DNA of 26,984 nt from Bacteroidota bacterium (lineage in GTDB: Bacteria > Bacteroidota > Bacteroidia > NS11-12g > UBA955). Below, piece after piece: positions 17,681-24,513 of the stretch (position 1 is the stretch's first letter; the number at the start of each line of letters is the position of its first letter). A model generated the notes under the pieces. The model was not told the origin of the DNA, ran no database searches, and was given only the letters and a program-made list of their open reading frames with translations. The stretch covers positions 1 through 26,984 of the forward strand of contig JBJOFM010000105.1 in NCBI GenBank assembly GCA_046048755.1, written 5' to 3'. Made by a program: the position numbers and the translations under genes.

Positions 17681-17717
17681 TTCATAATTATTGTAGGTAC
17701 AAGCAAACTTGCTTCCC

Positions 17718-17725
17718 TATATTTG
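17718..17725 (+). promoter_or_regulatory. Bacteroidota -7 promoter element immediately upstream of lgt
   Basis: Exact TATATTTG, with only 6 nt between it and ATG 17732. Confidence 0.5.
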
Positions 17726-17731
17726 TTCTGA

Positions 17732-18538
17732 ATGAAGCCAGAACTTTTTCATCTTGGTAGTCTAACGGTGTACGGATATGGTTTCTGTATTCTTTTAGGT
17801 GTTGTAGCTGCATATTTGCATTTTTATTTTAATCGAAAACGTATCGGAATTACCGAAGATCAAATTTCTACGTTAATTCTTGTTTGTGGTATCTCGGTTT
17901 TTGTTGGAGGTAAATTATTTTTTATTCTTGAAGATCCAGTGTTATATATCTCGGAGCCCGAAAAATGGATATCGAACTTAGGCGATGGATTTGTTTTTTA
18001 TGGCTCTTTTTTAGTAACAATATTGGCCTTGTATTGGTGGTTTAAACGAAATGGATTTGTGTTTTGGCGGTTAATGGACGAAGTGGGCATCGCTGGAGCA
18101 TTTGTGCATGGATTTGGTAAAATCGGGTGTTTGTTGGCCGGTTGCTGTTACGGTTTGGTATGCGAAAAGGAAATCGGTATAGTTTTTACCGATTCTATGA
18201 GTAGAGCTCGACCCTTAAATACACCCTTATATCCAACTCAGATTTGGGATGCAATGGTAATTTTCGGGGCGATATTGTTTATGTATATCTGGAGAAAATA
18301 CAAACAATACGATGGGCAGGTGTTTATGATATATTCGATTGTGTACGGTGTGGGTAGAATTATTACCGAAGAGTATAGAGGAGATGAGGCTAGAGGCTTT
18401 TTGTTTGATGGGCTGTTAACCCACAGTCAATTGATTGGAATTGTGGTGGTTTTATTCTCATTGTTTTTCCATTTTAAATCATTACAGAATAAAAAGAATT
18501 TAGGCGCAGTAGAAGCTGGTGATAATCAAGTTAAATAG
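17732..18538 (+). CDS. lgt: Prolipoprotein diacylglyceryl transferase
   Basis: Multi-TM protein with YGYG, GFVFYG, GKIGCLLAGCCYG, LYPTQI, and GRIITEEYRG. Confidence 0.88.
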   Translation: MKPELFHLGSLTVYGYGFCILLGVVAAYLHFYFNRKRIGITEDQISTLILVCGISVFVGGKLFFILEDPVLYISEPEKWISNLGDGFVFYGSFLVTILALYWWFKRNGFVFWRLMDEVGIAGAFVHGFGKIGCLLAGCCYGLVCEKEIGIVFTDSMSRARPLNTPLYPTQIWDAMVIFGAILFMYIWRKYKQYDGQVFMIYSIVYGVGRIITEEYRGDEARGFLFDGLLTHSQLIGIVVVLFSLFFHFKSLQNKKNLGAVEAGDNQVK

Positions 18539-18618
18539 GTATGGAATGGCATGAAACTGATTTCTTGTGTTTGTATACTATGGTAATTCGGAATTGTTTA
18601 TTTGAAATTTAGACGCAG

Positions 18619-19734
18619 GTGAAGTTTGTAGATGTTGTTGGTCAAAAAATAGTTAAAAATCGCTTAGTCCAGGGCGTTTCCGCCGGAAGAATACCGCATG
18701 CGCAATTGTTTTTAGGGGCAGAAGGCAGCGGTGCATTGCCACTGGCATTGGCTTATGCTCAATATTTATTGTGCGAGAATAGGACAAATTTAGATAGCTG
18801 TGGAGAATGCGGAAATTGTAAAAAATCGCAGCAATGGAGTCATCCGGATGTTCATTTTTCATTCCCCTTTCCAGGAAAAAAAGGAGAGAGAGAAATAGCA
18901 AGCGATGTTTATGCGCAATGGAGACAAGCCTTAACTAATTCGGTCTATGTATCGTATGCGTCTTGGATGAAATCCTTGGACGCAGAGAATAAGCAAGGGA
19001 ATATTCCGATTTTGGAATGTAGAGCGATTATTCGGAGTTTGAGTTTGAAGGCTTTCTCGGGGGGGTATAAGATTCTATTGATGTGGCTTCCGGAATATTT
19101 AGGAAAAGAGGGTAATGTTTTGCTGAAATTAATTGAAGAACCTCCTGAAAAAACCATATTTTTATTGGTAGCAGAAGATTCGGATTCTGTATTGAATACC
19201 ATTATTTCTAGAACGCAGTTGGTGAGAATTCCACCGGTTGAGGAGGAAGACATGGTGACGGCTTTGATTGAGAAGGAGGGCTTGGATGTAGAAAATGCGA
19301 GAAAATTGGCGGTGGTAAGCGCTGGGAATTATTGCACGGCCTTGGAACTGATTAAAGAATCGGAAAATCCCTTTCTTGAACCGTGGAAAACCTTACTAAC
19401 ATTTGCTTTTACTGGTAGAATGGAAAAGTCCATCGTTTGGGCTGAAGAAATGTCAACGTTGGGTAGGGAGGGTTTGAAATCATTTTTTCTTTATGGTTTG
19501 CAATTACTGCGTTATTCAATGCTACAACCCTATGGAGTGGGAGGTTCGGCATGGAATGCGCAAGAAGCGGATTTAGTGAAACGATTATCGGGCCTACAAA
19601 TGGGCACTGATAGAATTCAAGGCATGGTATCGGCCATTGAAAATTGCATGTATGAGATTGAGCGAAACGGTAATTTAAAGATGATATTGGTAGACGTTTC
19701 CTACCAAGTTTCGAAATGGATAAAAAAATCATAG
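18619..19734 (+). CDS. holB: DNA polymerase III subunit delta'
   Basis: GTG start. GRIPHAQLFLG, degenerate Walker A GAEGSG, Zn module C..N..DSCGECGNC, HPDVHF, LLKLIEEPP and TIISRTQ (SRC-like). Confidence 0.9.
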   Translation: MKFVDVVGQKIVKNRLVQGVSAGRIPHAQLFLGAEGSGALPLALAYAQYLLCENRTNLDSCGECGNCKKSQQWSHPDVHFSFPFPGKKGEREIASDVYAQWRQALTNSVYVSYASWMKSLDAENKQGNIPILECRAIIRSLSLKAFSGGYKILLMWLPEYLGKEGNVLLKLIEEPPEKTIFLLVAEDSDSVLNTIISRTQLVRIPPVEEEDMVTALIEKEGLDVENARKLAVVSAGNYCTALELIKESENPFLEPWKTLLTFAFTGRMEKSIVWAEEMSTLGREGLKSFFLYGLQLLRYSMLQPYGVGGSAWNAQEADLVKRLSGLQMGTDRIQGMVSAIENCMYEIERNGNLKMILVDVSYQVSKWIKKS

Positions 19735-19740
19735 TTCGGG

Positions 19741-19766
19741 CAACCTTCGGATGAAAAAAATCATCT
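19741..19766 (+). promoter_or_regulatory. Candidate ECF-type promoter upstream of the ECF sigma gene
   Basis: CAACC (19741-19745)-N16-CATCT (19762-19766). Same architecture as the motif at 21505-21530. Confidence 0.55.
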
Positions 19767-19796
19767 TGAGGTAGAATTCGAGCATGTATTTCAACG

Positions 19797-20333
19797 ATGA
19801 TAAACCAGCAGGAGGACAAAGACTATCAACTGTTAAGGGACAGTTTAGGGGGCGATGCGCTGGCGCAAAAGAATTTTTTTACTCGATTTTCCAAAACCGT
19901 TTATGCAGTTTGTCTGCGATATATGTCCAATGAAGACGATGCCAAGGATATGCTGCAAGAATGTTTAATTAAAGTATTTCAAAAAGGCGGAGAATTCCGA
20001 TTTGAGGGTTCATTGGAAGGATGGATTCGCCGGATATCCGTAAATACCTGTTTGGATCATATTAAAAAGAGACGGTTAACATTTTCAGAAGACATCACCA
20101 ATTTAGAGATCCCGGAAGATAAAGCTTGGGGGTCTAGCACATTGGAATACAATGATTTAATCAAGTTACTCTACCAACTGCCAGTTGGGTATCGTTTGGT
20201 TTTTAATTTATATGCAATGGAAGGATTTACCCATGCAGAAATTGCCGATATGTTACAGATTTCGGAAAATACCAGTAAGTCTCAGTTGTTCAAAGCTAGG
20301 CAGTGGCTTAAATCTAAAATTAATAGAAATTGA
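19797..20333 (+). CDS. RNA polymerase sigma-70 factor, ECF subfamily
   Basis: Region 2 DAKDMLQECLIKVF...SLEGWIRRISVNTCLDHIKK; region 4 LPVGYRLVFNLYAMEGFTHAEIA...SKSQLFKAR; 178 aa. Confidence 0.95.
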   Translation: MINQQEDKDYQLLRDSLGGDALAQKNFFTRFSKTVYAVCLRYMSNEDDAKDMLQECLIKVFQKGGEFRFEGSLEGWIRRISVNTCLDHIKKRRLTFSEDITNLEIPEDKAWGSSTLEYNDLIKLLYQLPVGYRLVFNLYAMEGFTHAEIADMLQISENTSKSQLFKARQWLKSKINRN

Positions 20334-21502
20334 ATATAGAAAAGGATTCCATAGATCAATTGTTCCGCGATAACCTGCAAAGTGCTTCGCCGGAAGTTCC
20401 TGTGGATGTCATGGAAAAAGTACTGAATCAATGGCAGCAGATGTCTTCCGCGTCAGCAGCAACCGGCGCCACTTCTGCGTCTATGAAGGTGTCTCAAAGC
20501 GCCAACGGTTGGAAGTTGGTTTCAACGATTCAGAATTTGGCAGCAGTACCCAAAGTATTTTTAGGGATTGGAGCGATTGGTTTGGTGACCGGATTGGTAG
20601 CGGTTTTGATTTCTGTAACGGATACAAATTCTGTTGAGAGAACGAGTCAACCGGCCCAAGAATCTGTTCTTTCCCACAATTCCCCAATCAATAACTCGGA
20701 TCCAGAGCGAGTGGCTTCTACGGAGACTGCAGAAGAGGCTATGTTGAATAGTGGGGTTGTTTCTCCTAATCGTATGGGTGAGGGTGTTAAAGCATCTTCG
20801 AATAATCCATCGGGAGTAAATAAAAACGAAACACCGGTTATAGTTAAAACGGACGACAATGGATTGAAATCTTCAGCCAGCATTTCTTCATCCGCATCAA
20901 ACACACCAAAAGTGTCGGCAGATCAAGGTGCGATCAATAAGAAAAAAGAGGGATTGGATGCGAAGAACAATGTCGCAGAATTGAGCGTAACGCAGCTAGA
21001 AGATGGTTGGGTTCAGGTATTCATTGATCAGCCGGCAACGGACAAAATCCTATTAGATTGGGGAGATGGAAAACTAGAAACCATCAAGGCGGCGAAGTTA
21101 TATCGACACCGATATTTGCCTTGGACCAAAAAGCGATTTACTCTCCAATTGGTGGAGTATAAAGATGCTGATATGAAAGTAAAATCGGTTATCGCTCAAG
21201 GGGTAGCTGTTGTTTCGCCCGAACAACAAGAGGAAATAATTCCCGAAATTATCACTCCGAACGGGGATGGATACAACGATGAATTCTATGTAAAAATTCC
21301 ATCGCCTGAGTATTTCGAACTGCTCGTTTTTGATAAAAATAATTCGGTAGTTTTCCGAAGTAATTCCTTGGAAGATCACTGGACCGCTTTGACGAAAAAT
21401 CAGCAAGTTATGGAAGGTGAATACCGAATATTATTGACGTTAAAGTATAGTGGTGAGACGTCGCACCGATTTATTAGAAAACGATTAATTGTACAACAGT
21501 AA
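20330..21502 (+). CDS. Putative anti-sigma factor: short N-terminal domain, one TM helix, low-complexity linker, PKD-like fragment and C-terminal gliding-motility (T9SS type-B, CHU_C-like) domain
   Basis: TTG start overlaps the sigma stop (TTGA, 20330-20333). SIDQLFRDNL N-terminus; TM VFLGIGAIGLVTGLVAVLISV (aa 76-96); S/N/E-rich linker; DWGDG; IIPEIITPNGDGYNDEF...FELLVFDKNNSVVF. The anti-sigma role is inferred from position and topology. Confidence 0.7.
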   Translation: MNIEKDSIDQLFRDNLQSASPEVPVDVMEKVLNQWQQMSSASAATGATSASMKVSQSANGWKLVSTIQNLAAVPKVFLGIGAIGLVTGLVAVLISVTDTNSVERTSQPAQESVLSHNSPINNSDPERVASTETAEEAMLNSGVVSPNRMGEGVKASSNNPSGVNKNETPVIVKTDDNGLKSSASISSSASNTPKVSADQGAINKKKEGLDAKNNVAELSVTQLEDGWVQVFIDQPATDKILLDWGDGKLETIKAAKLYRHRYLPWTKKRFTLQLVEYKDADMKVKSVIAQGVAVVSPEQQEEIIPEIITPNGDGYNDEFYVKIPSPEYFELLVFDKNNSVVFRSNSLEDHWTALTKNQQVMEGEYRILLTLKYSGETSHRFIRKRLIVQQ

Positions 21503-21504
21503 GA

Positions 21505-21530
21505 CAACCCAAAGATATGATAGCTCGTCT
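21505..21530 (+). promoter_or_regulatory. Candidate ECF-type promoter upstream of the giant PKD gene
   Basis: CAACC (21505-21509)-N16-CGTCT (21526-21530), directly after the anti-sigma stop. Confidence 0.55.
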
Positions 21531-21567
21531 GATAAGCACATTTTGGCAAGATGAGGATGTTAAATAC

Positions 21568-21598
21568 TTGTTTAAATCCTCTAAATCCAATAAATTTG
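21568..21598 (+). promoter_or_regulatory. Bacteroidota housekeeping promoter for the giant PKD gene
   Basis: TTG (21568-21570)-N20-TAAATTTG (21591-21598). Both the -33 and -7 elements are present, about 27 nt upstream of the ATG. Confidence 0.6.
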
Positions 21599-21624
21599 AC
21601 CAATTACAACTTCGAACAAAACCG

Positions 21625-24513
21625 ATGATGACCGATATAAAATCTTTTGTTAAAAAAATTGTCCTAGCGGGAGTGGCTTTTTTTGGCCTAAATACTGCTG
21701 CTCAGGCGCAATGTGTTATTAATTACGACGGTAATCCTTGCGTAGGAACACCTATCCGCTTCACGGGTTCCACTACAGGAACCACCCACGATTGGAATTT
21801 CAATAATGAAAACACCCAAAGTGGAATTCGGAATGTGAACTATGCATTTAAAACATCAGGTAATAAAACGATTACCTATGTGACCACCGTCAATGGAACA
21901 AAATGTACAGCTACCTTGAATTTGGTGGTGTATGAAAGTCCAACCATTAAATTAAAGTTAAAGAACTTGTACGAGCAGTGTTTTGAAAAAAACTTGTTCT
22001 GTTTTGACGATAGTTCGTTTAACAAGAATGGTAAGAAAATTCAAAACATCAAGTATTTGGTGGGTGATGGTCAGTTTTTTGAATATCCAAAGCCTACCTT
22101 GCCACAGACCTTTTGCTTTAGTGTAAAAGATGAGCGCGGTGGTTTGTTTGATTTGTTTATAGAAGTGGAAGATGAGAATGGATGCGTTACCTCGGATACC
22201 ATTAAAGGTGCAGTAAAAGTTCGTGAAAAGATTGGTGCCAGATTTACATCGGATAAGAAAACAGGTTGCGATTCGGTTTTGGCAACTATGCGTAATATTT
22301 CGAGAATTGATCGCAGCCAGGTGAAATGTATGATTTGGAGATGGGGTGATGGCGTGACAGAGAAATTCTGTCCTCCAACTGCTGATCAGTGGGCTGGTCC
22401 AGGTGGAAATGGGATTAAGCGTTGGTTTAAAGGTCAGGGTACTTATAATTCTACGTTGTTTGTAGAAACGGCAGACGGTTGTATCGATTCGTTTACGGTA
22501 TCTGCTTCTGCAACGGTTGTAAAGACAAAAGCCAAAATTATAGCAAGTAAAGATTCTACGTGTATCTCGGATCCAAAGATCGACTTTACCGTAGATGAAA
22601 TTCCTCAAGGTGCCACGGGTTTGTTGTGGACGTTTGGAGATCCTAACTCAGGGCCTCAAAATACGAACAACAGAAGTTGGGCAGTTACACACAATTTTAC
22701 CGGTCTTGGTCCATTTTTGATTTCCTTGAAATACGGTCATCCTATTTGCGGAGTTCAAACGGTATTGGATACAATTTTAATTATTGGTCCATCGTCTGTA
22801 ATAGAAGTAACTAACCAGCGAATTGCTGAACACGAGGTATTCCAGTGTCCAAAAGATGTAATGGATACGGTTCACTTTAATAAGAACTTCTCCACGTTCT
22901 ATCACAACGATAGAAATTATACGGATGATGATTCTACGTTTTATAAGTGGAACGGTACATTAGGACACAACTTCACGGCCAACAACCAGACGTTTATTAA
23001 AGTAAAGAAGGATAAAACTAACGCTCCGCTTACTCCTGGAGTTCACGGGGATCCTTTGGTGCGTCAGCGCGTTTGTGCCGTTCGTGTTTGGGATTTCGGA
23101 GATAGCTATGCTCCTAAATGTACAACGGACATAACCCGAAATAAGAATAGGTATGTGAATTGCCAGTACTCTAACGACTCACTGCCGGTTCACTATTACA
23201 AGTCATGGGATTTGATCATGTTGTCTGATTTTAAAAATCAGCCTATGGAAGATGCGTTATGGTTTGATAGTATTGGATTGTGCAAGCGTATTGAAGTTTG
23301 GCCATCGGATTCGTTTGCCATCATTCAGGATTCGATTTTATTTATTCCTCGCGATCAGGCGGATTCTTCTTTGGCTAATGATCCTAAATATGCGAATGCA
23401 ATAAAGAAGTACCAGCAGTATAAATGGTTAAAAGGTCCAGGTGAGCGGTATGTGGAAGATTCCGTTACAATTTACTTGGGTCCTAATGATACGGTTTATG
23501 TGAACAAGACCATGTATGTAGGTAGCAAGACGTCTAAGGTGAAATTGAAGGATAAGGATTTGTTGCGTATTTTAAGTAAGACAGATTCAGCGTTATACGA
23601 ATTCTCTGAATATACGAAACGGGATACTTTACCCCTGCCGTTATTGAATATTCGTTTGAAGAAAGGCGAGAAGCCCAAGATTATCAAAATATACCATGAT
23701 CCAACCAATGGCGGTAGATGGACAGGTAAAACCAAGAACTTCGATTATATTGTAAACTACAAGCGTTTCCGTGAATTGTATTATGCTAGAATTCCTCAGT
23801 GTAATCAGGTGAAATTAAAGCATATTGATACATGCCACGTATTGAAGTGCGAAAGTGAAGCTACCAAATCGATTGCCATGTTGCATGCAAATGCAGGTGG
23901 TGTAGGTTCTGGTTTATTAAAAGATGCGATTGAGTGTTTGGGTGCTAAGAACCCGCAATACGGTATTACTTTTATATTGAGTGATTTGAAACCGGGTTGT
24001 ACCTTCTCTCAGGTGGAGATTAACTTCGACTCAGCATGTAATCCTAATGGATTTGTTCCTTTGAGTGGTTTATTGCCTGGTCCTCGTCCTCCGCGTCCTA
24101 TCCCATATTTGGGATATGGGTTGGAAGGAAACCCACCAAGCCGATATTCGAAGCAATACAGTGCTGCGGAAGTTTGTGATCCAAGTGGATGCATTACGGT
24201 TGGTATTATCGTAGGAAATGGTGTTCGTAAGCCTGGTACTTTCACACCTCCAACCAAGGATAGACCTATGTGTTCTGATACACAGTGGTACAGAAAGTTT
24301 GCTTGTTTCCCATTGATTGATCCTGCCTTTGAAGTTGTTACTCCGAAGTTTAAGGCTCCAATTCGTAAGATTTGTAAAGGGGACGATGTTGTTGTTAGAA
24401 TCTTAGAATCAAATAAGACTCGTACCGAAGATTTAAAATCGTTGCGTTGGACATTTGAAACAGGTAACGCGGGTACAGACTATGCAAAACAATGGAGAAG
24501 ATTTATACAGTAA
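21625..24513 (+). CDS. Giant PKD-repeat, Cys-rich secreted surface protein, N-terminal part (ends at an in-frame TAA)
   Basis: Signal peptide MMTDIKSFVKKIVLAGVAFFGLNTAAQA|Q from ATG 21625/21628. PKD-like motifs HDWNFN, WRWGDG, WTFGD, WDFGD and xGCxD(S/T). 962 aa to the TAA. Confidence 0.8.
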   Translation: MMTDIKSFVKKIVLAGVAFFGLNTAAQAQCVINYDGNPCVGTPIRFTGSTTGTTHDWNFNNENTQSGIRNVNYAFKTSGNKTITYVTTVNGTKCTATLNLVVYESPTIKLKLKNLYEQCFEKNLFCFDDSSFNKNGKKIQNIKYLVGDGQFFEYPKPTLPQTFCFSVKDERGGLFDLFIEVEDENGCVTSDTIKGAVKVREKIGARFTSDKKTGCDSVLATMRNISRIDRSQVKCMIWRWGDGVTEKFCPPTADQWAGPGGNGIKRWFKGQGTYNSTLFVETADGCIDSFTVSASATVVKTKAKIIASKDSTCISDPKIDFTVDEIPQGATGLLWTFGDPNSGPQNTNNRSWAVTHNFTGLGPFLISLKYGHPICGVQTVLDTILIIGPSSVIEVTNQRIAEHEVFQCPKDVMDTVHFNKNFSTFYHNDRNYTDDDSTFYKWNGTLGHNFTANNQTFIKVKKDKTNAPLTPGVHGDPLVRQRVCAVRVWDFGDSYAPKCTTDITRNKNRYVNCQYSNDSLPVHYYKSWDLIMLSDFKNQPMEDALWFDSIGLCKRIEVWPSDSFAIIQDSILFIPRDQADSSLANDPKYANAIKKYQQYKWLKGPGERYVEDSVTIYLGPNDTVYVNKTMYVGSKTSKVKLKDKDLLRILSKTDSALYEFSEYTKRDTLPLPLLNIRLKKGEKPKIIKIYHDPTNGGRWTGKTKNFDYIVNYKRFRELYYARIPQCNQVKLKHIDTCHVLKCESEATKSIAMLHANAGGVGSGLLKDAIECLGAKNPQYGITFILSDLKPGCTFSQVEINFDSACNPNGFVPLSGLLPGPRPPRPIPYLGYGLEGNPPSRYSKQYSAAEVCDPSGCITVGIIVGNGVRKPGTFTPPTKDRPMCSDTQWYRKFACFPLIDPAFEVVTPKFKAPIRKICKGDDVVVRILESNKTRTEDLKSLRWTFETGNAGTDYAKQWRRFIQ

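Noticed and set aside
18541-18612. 23-codon ORF MEWHETDFLCLYTMVIRNCLFEI between lgt and holB
   Set aside because: It is short enough to arise by chance, with no motif or other support. Ribosome profiling would be needed.
19750-19765. Small hairpin GATGA-AAAAAA-TCATC after holB
   Set aside because: Only 5 bp with no U-tract, too weak for a terminator. The sequence is better explained as part of the ECF-type promoter.
21517-21624. ORF-track start of the PKD protein at 21517
   Set aside because: It overlaps both promoter motifs. The signal peptide begins at ATG 21625/21628.
24511-24513. Alternative genetic code, or selenocysteine/pyrrolysine recoding
   Set aside because: The codon is TAA, not TGA or TAG, and TAA terminates most other genes in the window.
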